Shown here: piece by piece, positions 38,290-51,501 of the stretch
Position numbering within the stretch: the stretch's first letter is position 1
How the letters are laid out: every line of letters starts with the position of its first letter
Assembly (NCBI RefSeq): GCF_006345805.1
Contig: NC_043006.1
Location: 57,164,001 to 57,228,000, forward strand
Direction of reading: 5' to 3'
DNA from: Octopus sinensis
Taxonomy: Eukaryota
Length of the DNA stretch: 64,000 nucleotides
Notes under the pieces: model-generated
Seen by the model: only the letters and a program-made list of their open reading frames with translations
Databases searched by the model: none
Told to the model about the DNA's origin: nothing
Made by a program: the position numbers and the translations under genes

Positions 38290-39420
38290 AGCTCAACATC
38301 CTCCACTACACTACCTCTTTCATTATGGTTATCAGAGGAAAACTGTTTTTCTTGCATATTGGAAGACGTGTGAGTTGGCAATTCTCACGATGGACTTGGT
38401 CGATAGCTGGATCCTTTCCAGTCTATATTGCAGTTGTCCGTCATAAGTTCACAAGTCATCAATTCCCGGATACTGAAATAGTGCGTGCAAAAACAGTTTT
38501 GTCACTCAGAGTGTATATTTGAAAAGCCTATCTGTAGCACTCCTCGGTAGAACAGCCAGGCCAAGGATTTCTGAAATTTATCTATAGTAGACCCCAACTT
38601 GAAAGTTTTTCAGAACAGATCAGTCAGGCTATCCTCATTGAGACCCAGAGTTTCCCCGAGATTGTTGCCGGTACTTCTCCGGGTGTCAAGCTGAAATCCT
38701 ACAGGCATTTTCGGAATTACCAGTCCTCCAACAACCGTCTCATATTCTTGTAGTGTCGATCACTTTTACGGTGATATCGTTCGACACAGATCTCTCGAAT
38801 CCCAGCTCGAAATGGAGACCTCTTAATAGTTTTAGCTACCGCAATAATAGCTTGAGAGCCAGCATGTACAGAAGAAGTGAAAGAGAACATTCTCTGCCGA
38901 CTGAGTGTGAAATATGAAACTGTTCCGATAGCTGGCCGTTCATTCTGATCACTGAACAGATGCTGCTGTGCATTACTGCGATCCAGCTTCTGAAAGCGAA
39001 CACGACACCAACAGCTTTCAGAACGGTTGCCTATTATCAATGGTCTACCCCATTGAAGGCTTTCGACTCATCCAAATTGATCATACCTCAACCATAGCCA
39101 GTTTTATTTCCAACTTTTTCTACTATATATCGCATACGGTAGCGGTTGTCGTGGAATGGCCTATTGGAGATAACAGAGGTTTGCGCTTTCAAGACCAAAT
39201 CACCTTCGATAAGCGCCAACATTTTTGCTAACACCGAACATATCTTTTCCCCGTGGTCCCATCTGGCCGGTTGTGTATCAACTTGGTGACTGTTTCAATT
39301 TTTAAGTTCCACCAATATTTTTTTTTTTTTTTTGATCCATCGATCACAATATAATCAACTCTGGCCGTCGAAGCTTTCTTTTGTTATTCTGTTCCAGACT
39401 GTTCTGACCACCGCATCATG
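38290..39420 (-). mobile_element. L1/Tx1-clade LINE ORF2 remnant (RT and C-terminal region)
   Basis: VLAKMLAL...AQTSVIS...INLDESKAFNGVDH...WIAVMHSSICSVIRMNGQLSEQFHISHSVGR and FQKSLAWLFYRG, with many stops. Confidence 0.8.
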
Positions 39421-39459
39421 CCTAATGGGGAAATAATATCTGAAAGACATTCTTTCGCA

Positions 39460-40620
39460 GTTTGGCAATAATGAGGTTGATGTCTTCTGTCATGGCTTTG
39501 CACAGTCTACATTTGTTGTCTGTTAATGTTTTTGTTGCAAATACTTGCATTTCTCGGTTATGTTTAGAGTTTTGGATGCGGATACAAGTTTGTCACTTCG
39601 TATTCATGAATTGCATGATGGTAGCCTTCGAAGTGGGGTCTCATAACCTTGTTGGTACTTCATGTCAAGCTTTTGATATGATCAATTCCTACTATGGTTT
39701 TTGTCCTTCGAATCAAGTACCCATGCATTATCTTATCAGTAAACTGGTCCATTTTAAAAATTTTATTCTTTTTTTAGATAGAATTTACCAATGCTTCTTG
39801 GGTAGAGATCTATATCAGCTTTTATTTTATGTCTTTCTTGAAGTTCATTAGCAATCCTAATGGTGTTGTTTATTCCATAGTCAAAAACTTGGGTCAGATA
39901 GTTACTGATCTCTTTCCTCTGCCCTAGCTGTTGCTTCAGTGACATAATACGTGCTTCATATGACATCAAATCAGATTTGAGACCACGGCCACCAATCCTT
40001 ACGAGGGATATATAGCCTCTCTACATCTCTTCAAATGTCGAAGTTTCCTGTAACACTGAACAGCTTGTGAGTTCAAACATATATGTCATTGAGTTCTAGT
40101 TGTAATAAGTTCAGAAGGCCAGCTGGGAATTCAGATAATCAAAATTTTTTTTACCTTCTTGAGGTACTCATTTCTCCACCTCCCCTTATTGATGGGTCTG
40201 TCATAGCCGATATTTTCATCCTGTCAGAGATATTTGTAACTTTCCTCATAGAGTAGAGGTTGCATTTCTCGGTTATGCTTAGAGTTTTGGATGAGGTACA
40301 AGTTTGTCACATTTTACCACTAAAACTGCACTTGTGGAATCATTAAATCTCATTCGAATGTCTTTGGAGAATTGGGTTCACATCCATTTGCTTTTTCATA
40401 TGGTTAATATTTGCCCCATACAAATTCGGGTTACCAATGGACAAAGACAAGGTGAGAGATGTTACTGAACTCATATCTGTAGCTGCTGTTTTGTGATGAA
40501 GGCAACAGAGTGTCCAGTGAGAGTACAGAGTAGTACTGACAACCTATCACTCTGAAGGACGGCCTTTTCAAAGCGTATAGCGTTAGATCTGATGTCTTCC
40601 ATTTTGCCTCTAAAATATGA
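39460..40620 (-). mobile_element. Degenerate R4/Dong-clade LINE fragment (RT C-terminus to zinc finger)
   Basis: Frameshifted translations FSKDIRM, EESYKYL*QDENIGY, DVERLYIP, YEARIMSLKQ, KCRLCK. Confidence 0.75.
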
Positions 40621-40809
40621 GGTGCATCAGTTTTTAGTTAGGTAGCTGATGGCAGCTACAAGTAATGGTGATACTTTGTCTAATTGCAATGTATGTATGT
40701 ATGTATGTATGTATGTATGTATGTATGTATGTATGTATGTATGTATGTATGTATGTATGTATGCATGTATGTATGCATGCATGCATGCATGCATGCATGC
40801 ATGTATATA

Positions 40810-42399
40810 CCGTAAATCCTCGAGTATAATCCGCATTTTCCCCCAAAATTAAAGGTCAAAATCTCTAGTGCGTATTATACACGAGGTTAAAAATGAAAAT
40901 TATTTTCTAAGCAATGTCCGAGTCTCTATTTGCTGTCCGGCAATGTTTATTCAGACGCATTTTGTGATGTCGGTCGCGAAAATACCTTAAGCTAAGCCTG
41001 AAAGCAATGAAGTCATAAAAGAATCATCCATAATTCGCAGTAAGCAACATTTATTAAACGTTATTACTGTTATTTCTTTATTTTCTGCAAAAAAAAAAAA
41101 AATGCACAAAAATGCTACACGTTTGCATTATGTTATATATACAATAATAATAAAGGACGTTACCGTATACAGTTTTACAAACCAAGGACGTTATACAGAC
41201 CTCCTTGACTCAAGTTAGGGAAGGGGTGCGTATTATACACAAGGTTTAGGTTTTTCAGAGGTACAGCCCCCTAAAAATCCCCTGCGTATTATACTCATGG
41301 GCAGACTATACTCGAGGATTTACGGTATGCATGTATATATGTATGTATGTACCGTAAATCCTCGAGTATAATCCGCATTTTTCCCCAAAATTAAAAGATC
41401 AAAATCCCTAGTGCGTATTATATACGAGGTTAAAAATGAAAATTATTTTCTAAGCAATGTCTGAGTCTCTATTTTCTGTCCGGCAATGTTTATTCAGACG
41501 CATTTTGTGATGTCGGGCGCGAAAATACTTTAAGTAAGCCTGAAAGCAATGAAGTCATAAAAGAATCATCCATAACTCGCAGTAAGCAACATTTATTAAA
41601 CGTTATTACTGTTATTTCTTTATTTTCTGCAAACAAAATGCACAAAAATGCTACACGTTTGCATTATGTTATATATACAATAATAATAAAGGACGTTACC
41701 GTATACAGTTTTACAAACCAAGGACGTTATACAGACCTCCTTGACTCAAGTTAGGGAAGGGGTGCGTATTATACACAAGGTTTAGGTTTTTCAGAGGTAC
41801 AGCCCCCTAAAAATCCCCTGCGTATTATACTCATGGGCAGACTATACTCGAGGATTTACGGTATGCATGTATATATGTATGTATGTACCGTAAATCCTCG
41901 AGTATAATCCGCATTTTTCCCCAAAATTAAAAGATCAAAATCCCTAGTGCGTATTATATACGAGGTTAAAAATGAAAATTATTTTCTAAGCAATGTCTGA
42001 GTCTCTATTTTCTGTCCGGCAATGTTTATTCAGACGCATTTTGTGATGTCGGGCGCGAAAATACTTTAAGTTAAGCCTGAAAGCAATGAAGTCATAAAAG
42101 AATCATCCATAACTCGCAGTAAGCAACATTTATTAAACGTTATTACTGTTATTTCTTTATTTTCTGCAAACAAAATGCACAAAAATGCTACACGTTTGCA
42201 TTATGTTATATATACAATAATAATAAAGGACGTTACCGTATACTGTTTTACAAACCAAGGACGTTATACAGACCTCCTTGACTGAAGTTACAGAAGGGGT
42301 GCGTATTATACACAAGGTTTAGGTTTTTTCAGAGGTACAGCCCCCTAAAAATCCCCAGCGTATTATACTCAAGGGCGGACTATACTCGAGGATTTACGG
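40810..42399. mobile_element. Three head-to-tail copies of a ~510 bp pogo/Tigger-like MITE (40810-41325, 41352-41861, 41888-42399)
   Basis: TIRs CCGTAAATCCTCGAGTATA, TA flanks, identical spacers, embedded in (ATGT)n/(ATGC)n microsatellite. Confidence 0.95.
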
Positions 42400-43449
42400 T
42401 ATGCATGCATGCATGCATGTATGTATGTATGTATGTATGTATGTATGTATGTATGTATGTATGTATGCATGCATGCATGCACGTATGTATTTATACATGT
42501 GAATATATGTAATATAACTGTGTGTACAATTGTATGTATATATGTGAGCATAAATTTATGTACACGTATAAAAGTTTGGTAATACAAGCAGGAAAATTAT
42601 TCAAAACATGAGTAAATATATATTTTTATTTAATCAGCAGAAGTTACTGTGTGTTACTTTGTAACTCCTGTTGATTAAATAATAAAAATACATACGTACA
42701 CATATATTTGTCGACACATGAATATGCTTAAGTGTGTGTGTATGTGTGTGTGTGTGTGGATATCTATGCATGCTTGTCTATGTGTGCGTATCTCTATGTA
42801 TAGGTCTTCTTTTGTGCGATTACGTATATTCATATATGTACGTGTTCTTTATTTATTTATTTACTCGACGAAAGTATTATATTATTTTATGAATAGTCGA
42901 GTAAGTAATGGGACACGATCGTAGAGGCCTGTGTGTAACTGATTTAATCAAATTCCATAGTTCTTACTGGGATTTATTTAGTCAATATCGGCGCATAAGG
43001 TGCAACAGAGAAAATTTCGAATATGAAATTTGAATATTACTTGGTAAGAGGAAGTAACTCTTAATGTTAGAGTTATTTCCCTTGGTCCATTATATCAGCA
43101 GATGTCATAAGCCTGCCGTTATATCCATCATTAAATTGCTGGTTAAATAATGTGTGTACTTTTTGTGTTAGTGATTTGTAATATTATTTCTATATACTTA
43201 TCGTCCTAAAATGAGAGGATTTTGTCTCCACTTTATAAACCAAGAAATTTCAAATTTTAATTGCAACTCCGCATGTTACAACAGATTTTTTTTCATTCGA
43301 AATCGGACTCCCGACCTTAAGATCGTCAGCCGAATACCTTAACCACTATTCAATTAAGGTGATCTAAATTAATTAGAGCTCCAATTTTAACCTATATTTT
43401 TCAACGATATATTCCACGAACTGGATGATGTCCTAGATGAAACCATCAG

Positions 43450-44350
43450 AATCGGATGGATCTGTGCAGAACTGATAGCATTCACGATCAAGCGCCAGAA
43501 TTTATACTAGTGCCTTGACCAAACGTTTTAATGCAAAGTTTTGAGTTTTTGAAATTATCGATGATGTCCCAATTTGTTTACGTCCTTCATCAGCAGCGTT
43601 GCCTGGCTCACACAATTAAGAATTCTCTCGCTGGCGCATCTAGGCTCATACCACAAGGAATTTTCTGATTCACACAACTAGGAATGCTCTTAATCTATTG
43701 CCAAGCTCGCTTGTTGGACAGCCCAGCCAAATTCGGCGAGTTGCTCCTCGCCCCACAAATTAGTATCTCACACATCGCAGCTGCTATTATTGGCTTTTTG
43801 CAGATCACACAATTCAGTGAGAGTCGCGGCTCGCCGCCAAGACAGGACTTATGGTCCACTGTCACCGGTTTGCCATTACCGATTTTTTTTCTTTTGTTTT
43901 ACTGCTAACTAGTGGCCATTCAATTTGTGATCCAGACCAATTCAGGCTCTAAAACCAACACCAGTAAAATAGCAGTTGTCACCTTGTCGAAATCTTTAGC
44001 GTGATCCATCTAACATTCTGTTGATTACGAAGCCTAGGGTTATTCCAAACAACTCAGTGGAGTATTTGTTACTGAAAACTCGAACAGAGTTGTACATCAT
44101 GGTTCGTTAAAACCGAATTGTAGTTTTGTTTCTATGTCGCACCTCTCCAGTTTTGGCCAATTGAACGTCTTCCACTTTCTCGTGTGTAAAAGCGCGTGTA
44201 TTAGCCTGGACAACGCAGCCTACATGTTTTGAGTGAAAGAAATAGCCTGGCTCAATTTTTGCCGCTAGTTCACTTGTTTCGAGGAATTTTTTAACAGCTA
44301 CTTCTGATCTGCTTACCAGTTCCTCTTTTAATAACATTTTTCCCGTCACT
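43450..44350 (-). mobile_element. Probable L1/Tx1 ORF1 remnant
   Basis: Degenerate zinc-knuckle-like CVICKKPIIAAAMC, GC/CpG-rich, same strand as and upstream of the ORF2 remnant. Confidence 0.5.
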
Positions 44351-45212
44351 AGTTCTTCACCAAATCTTATCGATTCTTCTATAATGGGCTTCCTTAAAGA
44401 GACTCATAACGAGTTGTTGACGACTGCATTCATTAACACCCGATTAATCCAGTCATTGTAAACTTTTGCACTGGGCTCAAAGCGCTCAATTTTTAATAGC
44501 CAGATACATGTCTCTGAGGTTCATCCAAGCCTGCGGTGCAGATCACAAACTTATGATCTGTCAAGGGAAACACTAAATTGAGAACATCCAACGCTGTCCA
44601 TATCCAATGACCTTACAAAATTTTATATAGATATAGTCCGAATGATCTGATGTTGATTGTTCAAATCCACATTGATACAACTGGGAAATCCAGCTGGTAG
44701 TTGTTAGTCAGCGGGATTTTCTCGAGAATGTTTACGAAACTTTCATACCCACCTCTTCAATTAGATACTCTCTTAAATTCTTTATGTGCATCTACTAATA
44801 GTCATTTCTAAAAGAAGCAAACAAGAAAACTCATCCTTTTCAGGCACTCACAGCAGCAAGAAGATGGCCTGCAATACAAACAGCAACAGGTTACTCTAAC
44901 TGAGGAAAAGGCAATACTCATTAAAGAGACTGTTGCCTCACTTGTTGTTAAGCCTCAGGTTAATCCTCATCGAGCAGACCATTTGAGGAAAGACGTTCTG
45001 CTCGTATATCTAGTCTTATATTATCTGAAGTGGATTAAAAAAAAAAAAGACAGTGGCGTGTGATTTGAAGATTCCTCTGCAACGTGACACTAAGGCATAA
45101 ATAAGAATAAAAGAAGAATATATGCTAACTTTTTCCCCTCCACTTTGTTTTTCCTGTGTTATCCTTTTTAATGTGCATTAGTACAAGCTTTCAGAAACTG
45201 AGTATTGCGCAT

Positions 45213-45284
<72 letters not shown>

Positions 45285-45474
45285 GAAATCACAATTCACT
45301 GAATAGATATTAATGCATGTTTTAACTACAGAAACTTTACAGAAAAAGGAAAAATCATATTTCACTAACCAGTCTATGCTGTTGTCGGCTGATAAAATTT
45401 AAAGTATGTTCTTCAATGCAATTTTTTTTAGTTCATGTAGTGGAAGAAACATGTGGTATTAATTTTAAATATTC

Positions 45475-46257
45475 TTTTCTACTCTAGGCACAAGGCCCGA
45501 AATTTTGGGGGAGGGGCCAATCGATTAGGTCGACTCCAGTATGCAACTGGTACTTAATTTATCGACCCTGAAAAGATGAAAGGTAAAGTCGACCTCGGTG
45601 GAATTTGAACGCAGAACGTAACGGCAGACGAAATACCTATTTCTTTACTACCCACAAGGGGCTAAACACAGAGAGGACAAACAAGGACAGACAAGCGGAT
45701 TAAGTCGATTATATCGACCCCAGTGCGTAACTGGTACTTATTTAATCGACCCCGAAAGGATGAAAGGCAAAGTCGACCTCGGCGGAATTTGAACTCAGAA
45801 CGTAACGGCAGACGAAATACCTATTTCTATTTCTTTACCACCCACAAGGGGCTAAACACAGAGAGGACAAACAAGGACAGACAAGCGGATTAAGTCGATT
45901 ATATCGACCCCAGTGCGTAACTGGTACTTATTTAATCGACCCCGAAAGGATAAGAGGCAAAGTCGACCTCGGCGGAATTTGAACTCAGAACATAACGGCA
46001 GACGAAATACCGCTAAGCATTTCGCCCGGCGTGCTAGCGTTTCTTTTCTACTCTAGGCATAAGGCCCGAAATTTTTAGGGAGGTGGGCCAGTCGATTAGA
46101 TCGACTCCAGTACGCAACTGGTACTTAATTTATCGACCCCGAAAAGATGAAAGGCAAAGTCGATCTCGGTGGAATTTGAGCGCAGAATGTAAGGACAGAC
46201 GATATACCGGTAAGCATTTTCGTCCGGCGTGCTAACATTTCTGCCAGCTCACCACCT
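45475..46257 (-). mobile_element. Head-to-tail array of four family-A SINE units
   Basis: Repeated ATCGACCCCGAAAGGATGAAAGGCAAAGTCGACCTCGGCGGAATTTGAAC modules with two different tail types. Confidence 0.92.
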
Positions 46258-46336
46258 TTTAATTTGAAGTAGTAGCAATTTCACTTTGTGATTGTCAAGA
46301 CAAGGGAGGTGACTGTTAGTTTATGTGTTTCACGAT

Positions 46337-49147
46337 TGTAAATTATGACATTACACAGGGCGCAGCCATTACTATGCGTATTAGTTACGTCATACATCAT
46401 AAACTCGTGACGTCACACTTTGTTTGAGCTTCTAAACGTCAAGTCGCTTTCATTACATCTCCCTCCCTTTCTAACATTGCAAGAGATATTATGGTCAATA
46501 TACACACAAAGTAAGGCGGTGAGCTGGCAGAAATGTTAGCACGCCGGGCGAAATGCTTAGCGGTATTCAACATTTAACACTGTTTATGAATCCCTCTTTT
46601 CTTGGAGCACTTCTCGAATTCAACAGTTCTTGGTATCAATCTCGATATCGCTCTGGCATGTTGATTTTTCGCCGGTCCGTTGTCTCAGATTCATTTGTAC
46701 CACAGTTCATAATTTGTTCACATTCTCCATTTGGCTGAAATGTTTGACTTTTCAGCAGCTGTCCACAGATGACGGCGATTTTGTCGATACTGTCTTGCAT
46801 CTAACGTCTTTATGTTGTAGGACCTTGGTGCGTCATCAATTGATTTGACAACTCCAGGCTTTCATGACTGCTTCTCTTGAATTCTGACTTGCTGTCCATG
46901 ATTCAAGGGAGGTAACTCTGTACTACCTTTGTCGTAGTAGAACTTTTGCTTGTCTTGACGTGCGTTCAGCTGATCATGTGGCTATTTCTGCTCCCGTACC
47001 TGAGGTTTCAGCAAGGCATCGGACACAGATAGGCGACTCTTCAGGCACCTGCTCACCAGCATTTGAGCTAGTGATAGACTGACCATGTCAACCGGTGTAA
47101 TTCTGTACTCAAATAGAGCTAAATAGACATCTCGGTCACGAGCTTCTGTTTCCTTGAGCAGATTTTTTAGTCTGAACCGTTTTACTGTGGGTATGTCGGA
47201 TTTGATGCTGTATGTTTGAAGTCCCATTCTAAACCAAAGTTCAAGTGCGTAGCTGGTACTTAATTTATCGACCCCGAAAGGATGAAAGGCAAATTCGACC
47301 ACGGCGGTAGACGGAATACTGCTAAGCATTTCGCCCAGCGTGCTAACGTTTCTGCCAGCTCGCCGCCTTGGTCAAGTTGCATCTGCCAAAATAGAGAGTT
47401 TGCGTCAAGAACGATGAACAGCTCGGCACCTGGCATTCGTGACAATATCCTCAGCAGTTCTCATGGGATAATGTTATCTTTTTATGGCACGATTGAGATC
47501 TTTTAGGTTTATACAGATCCTAACCTTGTTTGGTTTCACTACTGTCACCATGCTATTACCCAAGTTTGTGAATTGAGTCTCTTTGACGATAACTTCAAGC
47601 TAGGTCATTCGATCAAGTTCTGCTTGCACTTTGTCTACCAAAGCAGCAGACACTTTTCTCGGCGGGTGTACCACGGGTGTGATTTTGTCCACTGTTTATA
47701 TGTGGTGTTCTCCCGGCATGCATCTGAGTCCTTGGAAAAGTTCTGGATATTCTCCCAGTATGTCTGTATTCACTTTCTGAATGTTGTGAACTCACTGTAC
47801 CAACTTCAATTTCTCACAGGCTTTTCTTCCCAGTATACTTGGGCGGTTTTCTTTCATAACCTGGAACAGTATTTCATTCGAAGTGCCTCTGATTTCACTT
47901 GATACTGATAGTTCTATCTGTCCAAGTTGGAATCGCTTTTCTTCGAAGAATGACATAAGTTTCACTTTTGATTTTGACAGTTCCTTATTCTTCAAATTCA
48001 AACTGTCGAACATTGATTTGAAATGATATCGCACTGTGCACCTGCATCCAGTTTGACTTGCACTGGTTTCTTGTTGATTAATAAAGACTCATACCAGTCT
48101 TCATCGTATTCATCGGTGCTCATCTATCCAATGAATAATTCTTTAAATTCTTCAATTTCTTCAGAATTGTCAACAGTGTGAAAATGTTTGCGTTTTCTTT
48201 CTCTAATGTCTTATCTGTCATACCTATATGGTATTCTAGTTTTATGCATGCTGGCATAATGCATTTGTCACAAACTTTTCCTGCAGCAGGACACTTATCT
48301 TTAGCATGTTTGTAACCACGCTGTCTACACTGAGGGTAGTCTTCTGTTCTATCTTTAGGTTAATACTTTCTTGTTGGACCCCTACTGGCATTCGTGGCAT
48401 TGATATCTGTAGATATGGTCGACTGTTCATCATTAAGAACTTTCAATTGCTGTGTACTGATTTCTGTAGCTTTACACATCTGTACAGTTTTGTTTTCCAA
48501 ATCAAGATAATGTTCTCTTGGTAACTGCACGCTGAGGTTATCTCTAGGAATTCCAAAGACAATTCTATCTTTAATGATCCCATCATTTAATGTCCCAAAT
48601 TCACAAGTTCTAGATTTATTTTTTAAATTTGTTACATACTGATCAGTTGTCTCAGCTGGTTTCTGAGATCGTGTGAAACATGTATGTCTCTGAATCGTCA
48701 GATTTTTCTTAGGTTCACAAAGTTCCTGAAACTTTTGCTTCACTTTGTCGTAATTCTTGCTGTCCACTTCCTCACTCCACTCAAAAGAGTTATACACTTG
48801 AATTGCAGCTTCTCCCTCCACGTGTAGTAGAGCAGCACACTTCACACTGTGATTTAGCTGCGATTCCGCTAGCCGTAAGGTAAAGTTCAAACCTTTGTAG
48901 CTGCTGTTTCCAATTCTCGGCTATGTTGCCTTCGAGATTAAGCTGATTCGGGCTTATCTAATTCATTCGGGCGATTATCCAATCCCTCTTCTGACATGAC
49001 ACAGAGCGCAGCCAATACTATGCTGGCAGGAACGTTAGCACGCCGGGCGAAATGCCTAGCGGTATGTCTGCCGTTACGTTCTGAATTCAAATTCACGTGA
49101 CGTCATACTTTGTGTGCATATCTTAACGTAAATTCACTTTCATTACA
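46337..49147 (-). mobile_element. Internally deleted Ty3/gypsy LTR retrotransposon
   Basis: Gag-like ORF 48360-48890, protease motif VKLDAGAQC at ~48040-48070, RT start (VRICINLKDLNRAIKR; VLDANSLFWQ) and integrase C-terminal remnant at 46982-47220. LTRs at 46337-46457 and ~48992-49147, PPT AGAAAGGGAGGGAGA at 46458-46472, flanks ACGAT/ACGTT (5-bp TSD, one mismatch). Confidence 0.9.
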
Positions 49148-49304
49148 ACGTTGTCTACGGGAAGCTGTCAAGGATTGATGACGTCAGCAAGTCTCTGATA
49201 AACATACTATGAACTGTGATTGATTGTACTTTCAATTTCTTCAATCATTTTTATATACTTTCACATCTATTGATTTCTCTTTCTCTTAGAAGTAGTTATA
49301 ACTA

Positions 49305-49872
49305 TTGGGTTGTCCGGAAATTGCGTGCCGACTTTTTTAAAAAAAGAAAAAGGTCAATAAATACTCGCCGTTACATTTTTAATCAACCAAATATGAACCA
49401 TTTTGTTGCACAACGCGTCCCCATCTTTCCTTTAACCTGAAAATATCCTCTTCCCAGAACTGAGGTGGTTTCATGGCAAAGAATTCATCATGGTATCTTT
49501 TTACGTCATCCAAGGAATTGAAATTTTTACCATTAAGACTATTTCACAGAGACCTGAATAAGTGGAAATCCGAAGAAGCAATATCTGGTGAATATGGAGG
49601 CTGGGGTAACACATCCCAGCCGAGCTGCAGCAATTTTTGTCTGGTTCCCAATGCATCAAATGCCGAAAATGAACTTTCTTATCTTCCATTTTAAAGGGTT
49701 ACAAAATTAACACAGGTTATAGGAACATAAACCTTCTTCCACGAAAAGATAGCTTAAACTGTGCTCTAAATGGAGGTGTAGTCAAATCTTATTTTATGGA
49801 TTCAACCATGTTCTAAAAATATGTCGAAAGGTAAGCTTTTATAAATCGGCACGAACTTTCCGGACAACCCGA
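49305..49872 (-). mobile_element. Internally deleted mariner element with both TIRs and TA TSDs
   Basis: TA-TTGGGTTGTCCGGAAA ... TTTCCGGACAACCCGA-TA. Remnants MEDKKVHFRHLM and PPYSPDIASSDFHLFRSL. Confidence 0.9.
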
Positions 49873-49890
49873 TATTATTATTGTGTGTGT

Positions 49891-49929
<39 letters not shown>

Positions 49930-51501
49930 TGTGTGTGTGTGTGTGTGTGTTTGCACACGTGCATGTCTACCGATATAATATGCTATGTATGTATGTATAT
50001 GCTGATCGTTTTTCTATTATAACTCGATTTTCATAGATAACAGATACGGTAGGGTGGTAACCCGAGACTATGATAAAGCGGTTTCAGATTACTTTGTTCT
50101 ACAAAGGAATGCAAAACATCAAGTTTTTCTTTGCTTGACCGGATCTATTGAAAAAACAAGCGTAAAGGTAGGTGTTAGTGCTTATCACCAGGACTCTAAT
50201 CTCACGTTAATTCAGTCCACAATGTTACAAAGGAAGAAATGAGGATGACGAGCTGGCAGAATCAACTCAGCAGCGTTTCTTCCGGCTTTATGTTCTGAGA
50301 TCAAATTCCTTTTAATGTCGATAATATAAGTACGATTTGAGCACTGTCCTTCCAAACATTGCAGGCCTTGTGGCTATAGCGGTAAGTTATATATAGTAGA
50401 ATTCAATCTATAAATTAATCGAGCACTAAATTCATGAGTTCACTCTGAAAACTCAAGAGAAAGTCGTTCAGTATCTGGACCACCAAATATGAATACGACC
50501 TACTCCAATATATAGCTTCAATCCATCTCGTTTCTCTTTAGTCGGATTGTTCCTCTCAGGTTAGGGTTTTCTATAACACGCATTTTTCAGCTCTATTGTT
50601 ACTCTAAGTTCGGTTATTTATCCGTCAGCCAACACTTATGCGTAACTGACCTATTTGATATTTCTTCTTACTACATACACTGTTGCTTAAATGGCCGCAC
50701 CCTTCCCACCCTTCACTCTTCGTTAACAGTGTACACTGAAGCGTCTTCAAGGCGTAGCCAAGATACTTTAAGCTAGTCATGCAGAACTTCCATGAAATCA
50801 AGCACCAAATATATTCACTCGGACATGACAACATAGGCTATAATCACTACTCAATACCATAGAACGGCGGTGAGCTGGCAGAATCGTTAGTACGCCGGGC
50901 GAAATGCCTAGCGGTATTTCGTCTGCCGTTACGTTCTGAGTTCAAATTCCGCCGAGGTCGACTTAGCCTTTCATCCTTTCGAGGTCGATTAAATAGTTAG
51001 TTAGTTAGTTAATTTTTTGGCTCAAAAAGCAAAAAGCAAGGCCATGTAGGGGGACAATAAGTACCAGTTACGTACTGGGATCGATGTAATCGACTGAAAC
51101 CCTTTGTCCTTGTTTCTCCCCTCTATGTTTAGCCCCTTGTGGGAAATAAATAATCACTACTCAGTGTCATAGAACCCAGCAGCGGAGGTATGATGGATGG
51201 TAAGCAATGGGCGGTCCGCTCCTAGCGGCGCTTTTACTGAGAAGGCCGGGGCTACCTTTTGACGGCTCTGCTGTATACATCTGTATAAGGGGTAGAGAGG
51301 CCAGCTTAAGGGCTGCCCCAGGTGGCACACACTAACTACACCAATGATAGACAGAAGCAGTTTTGCACTACGGTCTCCATATTCATGATGATCACACAGT
51401 CAAATCTTTTCTTATAGTCATTACAAATGTTAGGTTCGACAATCTCTGGCAGTCTCTAATAGGGAACAAATGTAACATTGCAAATATGTAACATTACAAA
51501 T

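Noticed and set aside
40627-40852. HTYI/MYVC repeat ORFs
   Set aside because: (ATGT)n microsatellite.
40810-42399. Regular direct repeats with short spacers, superficially array- or CRISPR-like
   Set aside because: Units are ~510 bp MITEs with TIRs and identical spacers in a eukaryotic context, with no cas genes.
42625-42690. Small imperfect AT-rich palindrome
   Set aside because: Probably a remnant of a tiny repeat (half-copy near 37270) with no further support.
44360-45040. Possible LTR-retrotransposon pol remnant on the plus strand
   Set aside because: Only vague motif traces through many frameshifts, so it could not be supported.
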